IMG/VR virus record: IMGVR_UViG_3300028490_000394
DNA: 64,000 nucleotides
Reading direction: 5' to 3' (one strand)
Origin: an uncultured virus (IMG/VR IMGVR_UViG_3300028490_000394)
Taxonomy: Duplodnaviria; Heunggongvirae; Uroviricota; Caudoviricetes
This document shows positions 51,277-61,663 of the stretch, piece by piece; the stretch's first letter is position 1; each line of letters begins with the position of its first letter. Under the pieces are notes generated by a model, which was given only the letters and a program-made list of their open reading frames with translations, made no database searches and was not told where the DNA came from. Position numbers and translations under genes: made by a program.

Positions 51277-53415
51277 CTATGACTTTTCAAATGGGTATTC
51301 TATTTTTTTATTTATTAACATAGATACCTTCTCATACAAACTCATTAAAACGCCTATTTTACTCTCAGACACCTCTGCTCTATAACTTAGCCATAAATAC
51401 AAAGATAAATCCTTATTTAGCCCTTCTAGCTCATTTAAATCATATCCATTCAACTGTCTAATAGAATAATATTCTGAAAAATCTTTTATTTCGTCTAAAG
51501 TGTCACTTCTAAAGAAATTTATAAACATATTGAATATTTCTGTTGCTTCTTTTGATTTCTGATTTCTTGGTGCAAATGCTAGTAATTGTTTTGTTTCAAG
51601 ATCCAGTGCAAAAGATTCACCGGTTTGACAATCATTACTGTCTATAATCAATGCATTGCTGTGAAAGTCATAGATATCATTCATTTTGAATAATCCACTT
51701 TTATCTATAAAAAATTTATCATAATCTTCTATTAGTCTAGCTAATGAGTTGTTGTACTCTTTCGCATGTGAAAATTCTATAATATGACTTGATTCAGGGA
51801 AAAATATCCCGTGCTCTATACTTTTTAATGGTTGGTTCAATCTGTCACAATATGCTAAGAAGTCTAAGTATTCTTCTTCATACCCTTCTCTACCGAAGTG
51901 TTCTTGTAAGAAACATACTTTTCCAAAATCAGTTTTATTATATCTTCCAGCTCTACCAGCTATCTGTTTAAACAATGCGTCCGGTAGTTGAATTTCTTCT
52001 ACTCCATTATATTTTGTTACTGCACTGAAAACTATTCTTTCTATATTTAAGTTTATTCCGTACCCTATTGCGTCTGTTGCAATTAAGATATCCTTTTCAC
52101 CTTTATTGAATTGTTCTGCCTGTATTAATCTTGTACTTGGTGGTAGTGCCCCATACACTACAGCAACTGTTTTACCAAAGTTTTCTACCTGTTCTTTTAA
52201 ACGGTATATTTCTCTTCTTGAAAAACAAACAATTGCGTCACCCTTTCTTAATTCTGATAACCTTACAGGTTTATCTTCTATGTATAGTGGTGATAATCTC
52301 TTATGAGGTACTATCTCTAATGTATCTCCACACTTCTCTGCTATCTTTTCTACAATTTCTTTTGAGTTTTCTGAACCTATTACTATCACTATGTCTGCAT
52401 TTACTCCCATTAGTGCTCTAGACCAGGCAGCTCCTCTTTGATCGTCTTCTATCATTTGTATCTCGTCAATTATAGCAATACTATATTCTCTTGATAGATC
52501 AGCCATTTCTACTGTTGAAGATACATGAGTGTTATCTGCTTTTTCTATTACCTCTTCTCCAGTTACTAAAGATATAGGCAGCTCGTCTTTACAATCGTCA
52601 TAAATCTCTCGAGCTAGTAATCTTAAGGGGGCCAGGTATATTCCTGTCTTTGAATTCTTAAACTTTTGAATAGCTTGGTATGTCTTACCTGAGTTTGTTG
52701 GGCCAAAGTGTGCAATTATATGTCTCTTTTGTGCACGCGCTTTATAATAGTAATTTTCTATATTTTCAATAGAAGCCTTTGCTCTTAATACTCTATTCTC
52801 TATTTGGATCTCTTTTTCTCTTTCTTCAGAATAGTATTTGAATTCTTTATATATATCACTTAATTCTAATTCTATCTCTAACTTTCCTGTTTCTAGAGCT
52901 GCTTTTAATACTTCTTTAGCTCTACTATCCATGGTTCGCTTGTCTATATACTTAGGGTATTCATACCATACATATTTTTCTATTAATAACTCTTGATACA
53001 TTTTTCTTTTATATTCTTGCATAAAGTATTCTTCGTTATTTAGAATACTTGACATAACAGTGCTTGCTTCAGATAAAATTAGTTGAAAGTTCTCTTCAAA
53101 TAATGGTTCTAACACTCTATGATTCTTCATGTCTTTTAAATACACCTCGTCAAATAGTGTGTGTGTACGTACACATTGATAGAAGTCTTTTTTACATGCT
53201 CTTTTTGAATCTAACTTTTCTATAGCTTTTTTTATCTCTTCACTATTGTCTTTTATATATGCGAAGCATGCTAAACAATCATTTTTCATTTCTTTTTCGT
53301 CTGGAGAATCTGTTAGATACTCAGGATATGATAATAAATTTAAAAACTTTTCTCTATTTATATTTGTCTCTTTAAATAGTTTTACTAATGCTTTTTTACA
53401 TACTCTTTTTGTCAT
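51277..53415 (-). CDS. SUV3-like SF2 helicase
   Basis: GPTNSGKT, APLRLLA, DEIQM, RGAAW, ATDAIGYGIN and QIAGRAGR. Confidence 0.9.
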   Translation of the reverse strand: MTKRVCKKALVKLFKETNINREKFLNLLSYPEYLTDSPDEKEMKNDCLACFAYIKDNSEEIKKAIEKLDSKRACKKDFYQCVRTHTLFDEVYLKDMKNHRVLEPLFEENFQLILSEASTVMSSILNNEEYFMQEYKRKMYQELLIEKYVWYEYPKYIDKRTMDSRAKEVLKAALETGKLEIELELSDIYKEFKYYSEEREKEIQIENRVLRAKASIENIENYYYKARAQKRHIIAHFGPTNSGKTYQAIQKFKNSKTGIYLAPLRLLAREIYDDCKDELPISLVTGEEVIEKADNTHVSSTVEMADLSREYSIAIIDEIQMIEDDQRGAAWSRALMGVNADIVIVIGSENSKEIVEKIAEKCGDTLEIVPHKRLSPLYIEDKPVRLSELRKGDAIVCFSRREIYRLKEQVENFGKTVAVVYGALPPSTRLIQAEQFNKGEKDILIATDAIGYGINLNIERIVFSAVTKYNGVEEIQLPDALFKQIAGRAGRYNKTDFGKVCFLQEHFGREGYEEEYLDFLAYCDRLNQPLKSIEHGIFFPESSHIIEFSHAKEYNNSLARLIEDYDKFFIDKSGLFKMNDIYDFHSNALIIDSNDCQTGESFALDLETKQLLAFAPRNQKSKEATEIFNMFINFFRSDTLDEIKDFSEYYSIRQLNGYDLNELEGLNKDLSLYLWLSYRAEVSESKIGVLMSLYEKVSMLINKKIEYPFEKS

Positions 53416-53538
53416 GTAGTGTCCTTTTGGATTATATTACTGTAACTGTAGCATAACATTACTTAGAAAGTAAAGAGTTAAACAAGGGTTAAAGTTAATT
53501 ATGTTATAATAGAGCAATTATAAAAAAAGGATTTTATC

Positions 53539-53799
53539 ATGTTAGACGCTACAGGAAGACCAATTGAAATTGGTGCAATTTATGGATACTCAAATAGAAG
53601 CAATGGTGTTGTTACTGTTACGGTTGGTAAAGCTACAAAAATCAATGAGAAAAGTGTATCACTTGAAATTATTCATTATGGACGTGCTTACTACAATAGT
53701 ACTATTAAACACATTGAAAATAAAAGAGCTGTTACTTCTGTTGCTGCTAACTCTATCTTCAGATTAGAAAATGATTTCGTCGATTGGGATAATGACTAA
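53539..53799 (+). CDS. hypothetical protein
   Basis: DATGRPIEIG N-terminus common in phage proteins. Confidence 0.6.
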   Translation: MLDATGRPIEIGAIYGYSNRSNGVVTVTVGKATKINEKSVSLEIIHYGRAYYNSTIKHIENKRAVTSVAANSIFRLENDFVDWDND

Positions 53800-54632
53800 T
53801 GTTTACTGCTGACTATATTAGTGATATACATTCTAATGTTTATTTGAATAGAACTTTTTCTATTGTAGAAGAACTTATTGAACATATCTGGGCTGATCAT
53901 ACTGACGCCGACGTGCTTTTCTTGAACGGTGATATCGCTGAAACTTCTGAAGATATTATTGAATTCCTTGAATGTGTTTCTCGTATGCGTAAATACAAAA
54001 AGATATATTATGTTCCCGGGAATCATGATCTCTATTCTGAGGGTTATAGAACTGATCGTTTAGAAGATAAGTATGCTATTTTAAAAGAGCTTGTAAATAA
54101 GATCGATAATGTTATTTTTCTTGACGGTCAAATAGTTGAGTACGAGGGTGTTAAAATATCTGGTCTTTCTATGTGGTACTCTACAGCATATTTAGCTAGC
54201 CGTTATCCTCATATGTCAGAAGTACAAATAAAAAGTGGTTTTATGAAATTGTGGAGAGAATACATGCTTGATTCTAGAAGAACTATTTCTGATCCTTTAG
54301 AATTCTTTGAGTCACAAAGAGTCAAATTTTCTAAAGTATATTTGGAAGCTGAGGTTTTTATTAGTCATATCAACCCTGTCCCTATGGATAGTTATTTTTG
54401 TGAAAAGTTTAGGTTTCAAGATTCTAACACATTCTTTTCTTGGAATGGTCTTCCTTATCTTGAGAACACTAGTATTAGACATTATTTCTTTGGACATACA
54501 CATGAACCACTAGAGGATCAGATTTTTGATACTCTTTTACATTGTAATCCACTTGCATATCCGGGTGAACTTCCTTTTGATAGAAAGCTCATTCAGACTG
54601 TCTCTATTGAAAGTTCTTGTTCTAAAGAATAG
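53799..54632 (+). CDS. calcineurin-like metallophosphoesterase
   Basis: SDIH, GD, PGNHD, SH, FGHTH and NPLAY. Confidence 0.88.
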   Translation: MFTADYISDIHSNVYLNRTFSIVEELIEHIWADHTDADVLFLNGDIAETSEDIIEFLECVSRMRKYKKIYYVPGNHDLYSEGYRTDRLEDKYAILKELVNKIDNVIFLDGQIVEYEGVKISGLSMWYSTAYLASRYPHMSEVQIKSGFMKLWREYMLDSRRTISDPLEFFESQRVKFSKVYLEAEVFISHINPVPMDSYFCEKFRFQDSNTFFSWNGLPYLENTSIRHYFFGHTHEPLEDQIFDTLLHCNPLAYPGELPFDRKLIQTVSIESSCSKE

Positions 54633-54655
54633 GTTCTTTTAACAGAACAACCTTT

Positions 54656-55483
54656 TTACGCTAGTTGTTCTGAATACACTTCTTCTAGTGCAGTATAAAG
54701 ATCTTCTGATTCTATTAATGCTGCCATTGCTACATTATCTTCTACTTTCTTACCTTCATAGTTCCACTCTTTAATGTACGTACCTTCTTTATATCCATGG
54801 TCTTGTCTAAATTGATTTAATACGCTTTTACCGTTGTATAGTTTTACTATATCTAATGAAACTATTTCTGTAGTTATGTGTCTAAACAAAGCAATCACAT
54901 TAAAGACTAGAGCGTCGTATTCTTCTGGGAAGAACGCATTTGTTTTATTTGATCTTAATCTTGATAACATTACTGATAAAACAGTTAACTCTTCAAACGC
55001 TCTGAGTTCTTTATTTATGTTATCTGCATTTGGGTGCATTTTAGCTACTGATTCTTTTGCAAAATTATTATCGTCTTCTGCTTGAAATATATTCAATATG
55101 TGATTGGCTGTTGATTCTCTTAATCCTGCATTCCACATTTCTGACGGTGTCATTACTTTTTCCGGGCTATTTACGTCTAGTTCTTTGCTTTCTATTTCTT
55201 TATATGCAAGATCAAACATGTTTTCTATTACTAGAGACATAATGAAGTGCCAAATGTCTACTGTCTCAATGTGAACATTTGCCATATCTACTTTTTGATC
55301 AATACCTTTCCAGTGCTTCCAAGGATAACTATCCATTAATTCGATAGTTTCCATGTATATTGTTCTTGGCCAATTGATTTGTTTCCCGGACTCTGTCATA
55401 CCTAGGATCCAATCCTCTCCTGCTATACCTGCATTTAATTTAAATTGTTTATCTAGCATTTCTATTAATATATCTTTTTTCAT
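54656..55483 (-). CDS. dut: dimeric (all-alpha) dUTPase
   Basis: ELMDSYPWKHWK, IETVDIWHF, KSVLNQFRQDHGYKEGTY and EDN; Campylobacter-type. Confidence 0.88.
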   Translation of the reverse strand: MKKDILIEMLDKQFKLNAGIAGEDWILGMTESGKQINWPRTIYMETIELMDSYPWKHWKGIDQKVDMANVHIETVDIWHFIMSLVIENMFDLAYKEIESKELDVNSPEKVMTPSEMWNAGLRESTANHILNIFQAEDDNNFAKESVAKMHPNADNINKELRAFEELTVLSVMLSRLRSNKTNAFFPEEYDALVFNVIALFRHITTEIVSLDIVKLYNGKSVLNQFRQDHGYKEGTYIKEWNYEGKKVEDNVAMAALIESEDLYTALEEVYSEQLA

Positions 55484-55545
55484 TTTTATTTCCTATTGTT
55501 TTTTTTATGACAATAGTTTACCTTAATTATTATATTTTAGATAGT

Positions 55546-55992
55546 TTAGTTAAAAAGACTGGTTTCTTCAATTGAATGTGATTCTACCACTTTAATATTT
55601 TGATATCCTTCAAAGTCTGCGTCTCTAAGACCTGCTATAGCTAATCTTATTAAATCTTTTTCTTGTATACCTTTCTTTATTTGTATTACACTTCCTATAA
55701 AGTGATACTTATCTCCTGGGGAATACTTTTCAAAAATTCTGTACATGCCTTTTTCTGCATTTATAACTTCTGTATATCTGAATAATATACATATAGTCTT
55801 TTCATTTATCATTGCTACATGGTCTGTTCTTTTTAAGTTTCTTTTTATCTCTTCGTAAAAGTTTTTTTCATTGGCTTCTTTGTAATGAATTAGACCTAGA
55901 GAAAAATTTATATCAAATGTTTTCTTTTTGTATATTTCTAGAGATACTTTCTCATGTGTTATCTCTTCTATCTCTTTGTTTTTTGGGAACAT
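55546..55992 (-). CDS. degenerate GGDEF-like domain protein
   Basis: LKRTD..ICILF..T..A..RI fold pattern without the GGDEF signature. Confidence 0.45.
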   Translation of the reverse strand: MFPKNKEIEEITHEKVSLEIYKKKTFDINFSLGLIHYKEANEKNFYEEIKRNLKRTDHVAMINEKTICILFRYTEVINAEKGMYRIFEKYSPGDKYHFIGSVIQIKKGIQEKDLIRLAIAGLRDADFEGYQNIKVVESHSIEETSLFN

Positions 55993-56091
55993 TATTCTTC
56001 CTTTGTTTATTTCGTTTATATATATTTTTTTGTAATTTTTCGGAGTATTTTTATTTTTTTAGCTAGAGTTGGGGCCTAAGCGACCCCTTTG

Positions 56092-56538
56092 TTAGTTTCC
56101 TGGTACTGCTGGTGCTGCTGCATTTATAACTAGAGAACCGTCTAGACAGCTATCAAATTCTACTTTTTCACTTGTATATGTTGCATTAGCTAGTGCAACT
56201 GTATAACCAGCTGAACCGTCAGTACATGTTTTAGTCGCTACTGTAATTGTATTCCCTTTAGAGAATGCTGTTCTTACATTTCCAGTTGTACATAGACCAT
56301 TGTTTTTTGTGTCTGAACCTGTTTCTCCACAAGAAATTGCTGTATATGCTTGTGCATTTGCAAATTCAGTTTGTTGTGCAATGATTGCACCTCTTGCGTC
56401 ACTCTTCATTGAGTTTGCTACCGCTACTTTTGTTGAGTCATTAAGATTTGCGATTGCAAAGCCTGCTAAGATTGAGATAATTGCCATTACGAATAGTAAT
56501 TCTACTAGGGTAAACCCTTTTTTCATTGTTGATTTCAT
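56092..56538 (-). CDS. type IV pilin / pseudopilin-like protein
   Basis: KKG|FTLVELL class III signal peptide; four Cys. Confidence 0.85.
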   Translation of the reverse strand: MKSTMKKGFTLVELLFVMAIISILAGFAIANLNDSTKVAVANSMKSDARGAIIAQQTEFANAQAYTAISCGETGSDTKNNGLCTTGNVRTAFSKGNTITVATKTCTDGSAGYTVALANATYTSEKVEFDSCLDGSLVINAAAPAVPGN

Positions 56539-56654
56539 TTTATTTCCTTGTTTTTTTATTGTGTTCTTCTATATATATAAGTTGCTTCAATAAATCGGAG
56601 GATTATCTTAAATTAATAATTTTTTTGATATAATTAATCTATAAAGGAACAATT

Positions 56655-57020
56655 ATGAAAATAAAAGATAGTCGAACACTTAAGGGTCTACAAACACAAC
56701 TTTCTAAAATAGAGGGTGAAATATCAGCTCTTGAAACTCAAAGACGTAATTTAGATAAAGAAGTTAACCAAAAAAAATCAATCAAGCAATCTTTACAAGC
56801 TCAAATTAAAAATCTTGAAAGTTCAGATAAACTAATTGTTTCTGAACATGCAACTCTTAGATATATTGAGAGAGTTATGGGTATTGATATTGAAAAATTA
56901 AACAATAAGATTCTTACTGATTCTGTTTCTACTGCTTACTCTTCTATGGGAAATGGAAGTTATCCCATTGAAGGTGGACATGTTGTTGTTAAAAATGGAA
57001 AGATCGTCACTATAAAATAA
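56655..57020 (+). CDS. coiled-coil protein with a VSEHA.LRY.ER domain
   Basis: Motif common in phage proteins; function unknown. Confidence 0.6.
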   Translation: MKIKDSRTLKGLQTQLSKIEGEISALETQRRNLDKEVNQKKSIKQSLQAQIKNLESSDKLIVSEHATLRYIERVMGIDIEKLNNKILTDSVSTAYSSMGNGSYPIEGGHVVVKNGKIVTIK

Positions 57021-57193
57021 AATTTATGGTCCTATTTATAATGAATACTCTTGCTCTGAAAATAGAATGCCTTATTTAAAAATGAGTGGGACCACCATAA
57101 ATAAATATCTACTGTTTTACTACATATCTTGAATTAAGCATGCTCTATGCTTATGTCTGATATAATAGTCTTAATAAACAAAAGGAATATTTA

Positions 57194-57622
57194 ATGAAAA
57201 AAGTTGAAATGTTTGGTGACGGTAGTGCACTTGGAAATCCTGGACCTGGTGGTTATGGAACTGTTATTAAGTTTGGTAAACACGTAAAGGAGCTATCTGG
57301 CGGCTTCCCTGACACCACAAACAATAGAATGGAACTCCTAGCCTTAATTGAAGGTTTAAAAGCCTTAAAGCAGCCTTGTGAGGTTCATTTTACTAGTGAC
57401 TCTCAATATGTTGTTAAAGCTGTTAACACTTGGCTTGCTAATTGGATCAAGAAAAACTTTGCTAAAGTTAAAAATGTTGATCTTTGGAAAGAATATGTTG
57501 AGGTCTCTGCTATTCATACGGTCACCTGTTCTTGGGTGAAAGGTCATGCTGGTCATGTTGAGAATGAACGTTGTGATATCCTTGCTCGTACCGCTGCTGA
57601 AGTTGTTCGCGACTCTATGTAA
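57194..57622 (+). CDS. rnhA: ribonuclease HI
   Basis: [26 protein letters not shown] and [15 protein letters not shown]. Confidence 0.95.
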   Translation: MKKVEMFGDGSALGNPGPGGYGTVIKFGKHVKELSGGFPDTTNNRMELLALIEGLKALKQPCEVHFTSDSQYVVKAVNTWLANWIKKNFAKVKNVDLWKEYVEVSAIHTVTCSWVKGHAGHVENERCDILARTAAEVVRDSM

Positions 57623-57647
57623 GTCTTGGGCCCCGAGGGGCCATGGT

Positions 57648-58628
57648 TTAAGACATACGCTCAATTAACTCATACAAACTTCCGTGCATTTGTTTATCTT
57701 TACATACTCTCATTACTTTTTGAAGTCTATCTACTGAGATAAGACCTGTGCCTTGGACACCACCACTATGGTTAGCGTCTCTTTTATAATCTGACATTGA
57801 TTCTACTTTCATGGTTCCTTCTTTTGAAATAAAGAAATCGTGATCGTTTTGTAAGAATCTTGTTAGAGCTGTTTTTACTTTTGAAAAAGCACTCATGTTC
57901 TCCATATCACTTTTTAAAGTCGTACTTCTGTATCTACCATTCTTTTCTTCAATCAATGCTTGAATATCTTCTCTAAGCTTTGCATATGCATTTTGATCAA
58001 ATTCACTGTTTGCTGTTAAGATATATTCATATTCATTTCCCATTACACTTAAAGATAGCTTAAACGCTTCCTCTCCTGTATATTCATTCTCTAGTACATA
58101 CGTATATTGCATGATTGGTTCTTGTAGATCCTGAATTTGTTGATATTTATAGAATAGACGTGGTAGTACTTTTGCTACTGCAGCTTTAGCTTCTACAGTT
58201 AGAGTTTCTAAATCTGCATGATCTATACCTCTTACGAAAAATCTAAATTCTCCTGCATTTGTCATAGTAAAGTTGTGTGCTTGCTGATATCCATAATATA
58301 GCGTTTTGTCTACTTCTGAGACATTTCCTAGATTACGAAGTTCCGTTCTTATTTCTTCAGTTAACCAAAGAAGTAGACTCGAATAGTCTTCTTTTACAAT
58401 GTGAACAATTGGTGCAGCGTATACTAGTCCTTTTAGTAGGGACATGTATTCACTCGCGTATTGATACGTTAGCATTGTTTGAAACTTTTGTAGTTTCCCG
58501 GGAAACATTTCTTTAAAATTGATCTCAACAGTAATTATTCCTGTTGAACTCGTTTTTACAGAAACCTTATCTGCAAACTCGTCCGCTTTTATTAAGTACC
58601 CTGGTACATTTAGTATTGGTAATTCCAT
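57648..58628 (-). CDS. hypothetical protein (tandem paralog 3 of 3)
   Basis: MELPIL..PGYL, MFPGKL, PIVH, LQEPI and GVQGTG; start reassigned. Confidence 0.8.
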   Translation of the reverse strand: MELPILNVPGYLIKADEFADKVSVKTSSTGIITVEINFKEMFPGKLQKFQTMLTYQYASEYMSLLKGLVYAAPIVHIVKEDYSSLLLWLTEEIRTELRNLGNVSEVDKTLYYGYQQAHNFTMTNAGEFRFFVRGIDHADLETLTVEAKAAVAKVLPRLFYKYQQIQDLQEPIMQYTYVLENEYTGEEAFKLSLSVMGNEYEYILTANSEFDQNAYAKLREDIQALIEEKNGRYRSTTLKSDMENMSAFSKVKTALTRFLQNDHDFFISKEGTMKVESMSDYKRDANHSGGVQGTGLISVDRLQKVMRVCKDKQMHGSLYELIERMS

Positions 58629-58712
58629 AGGAACCCCTTGTAAAAATTTACTATACTTGAAAAGTAATAGCATGCCATGTTATAAGATTGTTTGGGCCCC
58701 GAGGGGCCATGG
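58629..58712 (-). repeat. repeated intergenic cassette (hairpin plus upstream region); copies at 59729-59815, partial at 60816-60877 and 57626-57646
   Basis: TTGAAAAGTAATAGCATGCCATGTTATAAGATTGTTTGGGCCCCGA(G/A)GGGCCATGG is near-identical in two copies. Confidence 0.85.
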
Positions 58713-58726
58713 TACTATACGTATAC

Positions 58727-59728
58727 TTACGATAGTCTTAAAACTAACTCTTTATATTCTTCGAGCATATCTTTTTCTTTACATTTTTCTTCAACTTCTT
58801 TAAGTCTCTCTTCTGTAATCATGCCTGTGCCTGGGACACCATGTAATGGTAATTCTTGACCATGTACCACTGTATTCATAATACTTACATGAGTATCTCC
58901 TTCTCTTGAAAAAAAGAATTTATGATCTACTTTTAAGAACTGACTAATTGTACTTTTAAAGATATCAATACCTGTATAATAAATATCTCTATTCATATCA
59001 CTTCTGTTTTTTGCTTTCTCATAGTTTTCATTTCTTTTTTCTGTAAGATTTTTTACTTCTTCGTAGAATTTTGAAATTGCTTCGCTATCAAATTGACCAT
59101 TTGCAATATTTTCAATTGTCTCGTATTTATCTGCAAATACAGAAAGTTGAAAATTAAAGCCTGTTTGGCCATTATACTCATTTTCAATTTCACATGCATA
59201 ATACATAATTGGTTCTTGTAAACATTGAATTGCTTCATACTTCATTAGTAAGTGCACTAGTACTCTAGATACAGCTGCTTTAATATCTTCAGTATGTTGT
59301 TCTATTTTACTGAGATCCACTTCATTTAGTATGATTTCCATTTCACCACCATTTTGAGTTGTGTAATCATGTGTCATTGTTGATAATACATATGTATTTA
59401 CATGTCTTCTAATGGGACCTATGTTTAATTTTTCGATCTCTTTGTCTAACTCTGTTTTTAACCATTCAAAGATAGAATAGTTTTTTTCTTTGATCGCATG
59501 TACTATTGGTACTGAGTGTACAGATCTTAATAATAAGCCTCTACATTCTACTCCAAACAAATAAGTTAACATTGTTTGAAATTTCTTCAGTTTTCCGGGA
59601 AACATTTTTCCAAAGTGCAATTTGATTATTAGTTGATTTTCTGCGCCGGTTGGTCCAATCATTGCTTTATCAGCAAAATCGTCTGTTTTATCCAGATATC
59701 CTGGTATATGTAGTATTGGTAATTCCAT
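58727..59728 (-). CDS. hypothetical protein (tandem paralog 2 of 3)
   Basis: Same motifs; start reassigned to MELPIL. Confidence 0.8.
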   Translation of the reverse strand: MELPILHIPGYLDKTDDFADKAMIGPTGAENQLIIKLHFGKMFPGKLKKFQTMLTYLFGVECRGLLLRSVHSVPIVHAIKEKNYSIFEWLKTELDKEIEKLNIGPIRRHVNTYVLSTMTHDYTTQNGGEMEIILNEVDLSKIEQHTEDIKAAVSRVLVHLLMKYEAIQCLQEPIMYYACEIENEYNGQTGFNFQLSVFADKYETIENIANGQFDSEAISKFYEEVKNLTEKRNENYEKAKNRSDMNRDIYYTGIDIFKSTISQFLKVDHKFFFSREGDTHVSIMNTVVHGQELPLHGVPGTGMITEERLKEVEEKCKEKDMLEEYKELVLRLS

Positions 59729-59819
59729 AGAATAACCCTTTGTATAAAATTTACTATCCTTGAAAAGTAATAGCATGCCATGTTATAAGATTGTTTGGGC
59801 CCCGAAGGGCCATGGAGAG

Positions 59820-60815
59820 TTAAACCGTTCTAGACGATAAACGCATAATAAGATTTTGATATTCAGGTAGCATGTTTTTCTTTTTACATTTTTCTGAAAC
59901 TTCTTTTAATCTTTCTATAGATATAAAACCTGTACCTGGTACACTGTGTATACCTTCTGACATTAAGCTGTAATTATTTACAACTGTGTTCATAATATTT
60001 ACAGACAGCTCTCCTTCTTTTGAATAAAAGAATTCGTGATCTGCTTTTAAAAACTTACTGATCAATACTTTAAACATGTTAATACCTGAGTGGTAAAAAC
60101 CTGTACTTAAGTCTGACTTTGTCTTTGCATTCAAAAAATCAACGTTTCTATTATCTGCAAGTTTAGTTACTTTTTGATAATGTTCTGAAAAGGCTGGAAT
60201 GTCAAATCTTTTTTCATTTACTGAAATAATGGTCTCATACTTATCTGCCATAATTGACAATTGAAATTTGTAACCTACTTCTTTTGTGTACTCGTCTTCT
60301 AACTCATATGAATAAGTTATGATTGGACTAGTTAGGTTTTGAATATATTCATATCTTAATAATAGTGCAACTAAAACATGTGTTACAGCTCCTTTTATTT
60401 GAAGTGTAATGTTATCTATATTCTCTAGGTCGACTTTGGAAAGAATAACTTTCAGTGTTCCACCATTTGTCGTATCATAAACAGTTTTTAATGGTTCAAC
60501 TTTTCCAATGTTTAAACCAGTAAGACCACTTTCTACCTCTTCTTGTAACCAGTCAAATATTGTCCACTTCGTTTCCTTAACATTGTGAACAATAGGGACT
60601 GAACATACGAATGAATGATCTAGATTTCTTTTTTCTAAAGCATACAAGTATGATAAAATAGTGTGAAATTGTTTTAATTTACCTGGGAACATATCTCCAA
60701 AGTGTAGTTTGACAACTACGAATGGTGAGAGTGTGTTAGTTTCTATCAAGATTTTATCTGCATAGTCTGCAACTTTGTCTAAATATCCTGGTATGTGTAG
60801 TATTGGTAATTCCAT
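59820..60815 (-). CDS. hypothetical protein (tandem paralog 1 of 3)
   Basis: Same motifs. Confidence 0.8.
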   Translation of the reverse strand: MELPILHIPGYLDKVADYADKILIETNTLSPFVVVKLHFGDMFPGKLKQFHTILSYLYALEKRNLDHSFVCSVPIVHNVKETKWTIFDWLQEEVESGLTGLNIGKVEPLKTVYDTTNGGTLKVILSKVDLENIDNITLQIKGAVTHVLVALLLRYEYIQNLTSPIITYSYELEDEYTKEVGYKFQLSIMADKYETIISVNEKRFDIPAFSEHYQKVTKLADNRNVDFLNAKTKSDLSTGFYHSGINMFKVLISKFLKADHEFFYSKEGELSVNIMNTVVNNYSLMSEGIHSVPGTGFISIERLKEVSEKCKKKNMLPEYQNLIMRLSSRTV

Positions 60816-60879
60816 AGAATAACCCTTTGTATAAAATTTACTTTACTTTTTACAGTGAAAGCATGCCTTGTTATAAGGC

Positions 60880-61593
60880 TTACTTTTCTTGGCTCTTCAA
60901 ATGTAGAATGTCAAAGATAAATTTGTCTTCTATTTTTAATTGTTTTGTTAAACCATGGTATTCTCTAGAGTTTTTCTTTCCAAATACTTTTTTTAACTCT
61001 CCGGCGTCTAGTTTGTCTTTTAGATATCTCTTAAGTTGTTTTTTACCTGGTTTACCTAGTAGGTAGTACAATAGACTTAATAGAACAGTTCTATTTTCTC
61101 TTGTTACTTTATACTCTTTTGTTTTGTATAGAGAAAACACGTCTATTTCTTTTTGTGTTGCAACATACTTAGACAGTATTTCGAATATAATCTTATCTCG
61201 ACTTGCTTCAGGGATATCTAGTATCGCTGTAAGTCTTGGATCCTGTTCAAATTTTGTTACTCTATCTATATCTGCAATATGACGTCTCTTTAACCATAGG
61301 AACTGCATTGTCTTAAAGTTCTTTTCATATCTCTTTTTAAACTTATCAGTATTAATAGCTAAGCAGTCATATATAAATATTACATGACGATATTCTTGCT
61401 CAATTGCAATTTGGATTGCATATCTTAGAGCCAGCTCTTCTGCTATCAGAGAACTTTGAATCTTAGTTCTTACTATTTTTTGTTTTGTTCTACCAGTTTT
61501 CATATCTTTTACTGCTAATATTGCAGAACGATCTTCTTTAAAACTTGCGTCACTTACAAAAAAAACATTATCTCTGTGGTTTGGGTTTGCCAT
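60880..61593 (-). CDS. RNase H-like domain protein
   Basis: VSDASF..SLIAEELAL..IYDC (D-E-D) plus helical C-terminus. Confidence 0.65.
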   Translation of the reverse strand: MANPNHRDNVFFVSDASFKEDRSAILAVKDMKTGRTKQKIVRTKIQSSLIAEELALRYAIQIAIEQEYRHVIFIYDCLAINTDKFKKRYEKNFKTMQFLWLKRRHIADIDRVTKFEQDPRLTAILDIPEASRDKIIFEILSKYVATQKEIDVFSLYKTKEYKVTRENRTVLLSLLYYLLGKPGKKQLKRYLKDKLDAGELKKVFGKKNSREYHGLTKQLKIEDKFIFDILHLKSQEK

Positions 61594-61663
61594 AATATTT
61601 ATCCTTCATAACTAATATAATAGCTATATTGTCCTTTATTTGAACTTATAGCTAATATTTTAG

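Noticed and set aside
51384..51395. 12-bp match (AACTTAGCCATA) to the mini-array spacer inside the helicase gene
   Set aside because: Covers crRNA positions 6-17 only, with the seed mismatched; compatible with chance
58665..58678. Sigma-54 promoter (TGGCA..TTAC) in the repeated cassette
   Set aside because: The -12 GC is absent and the spacing is one base short
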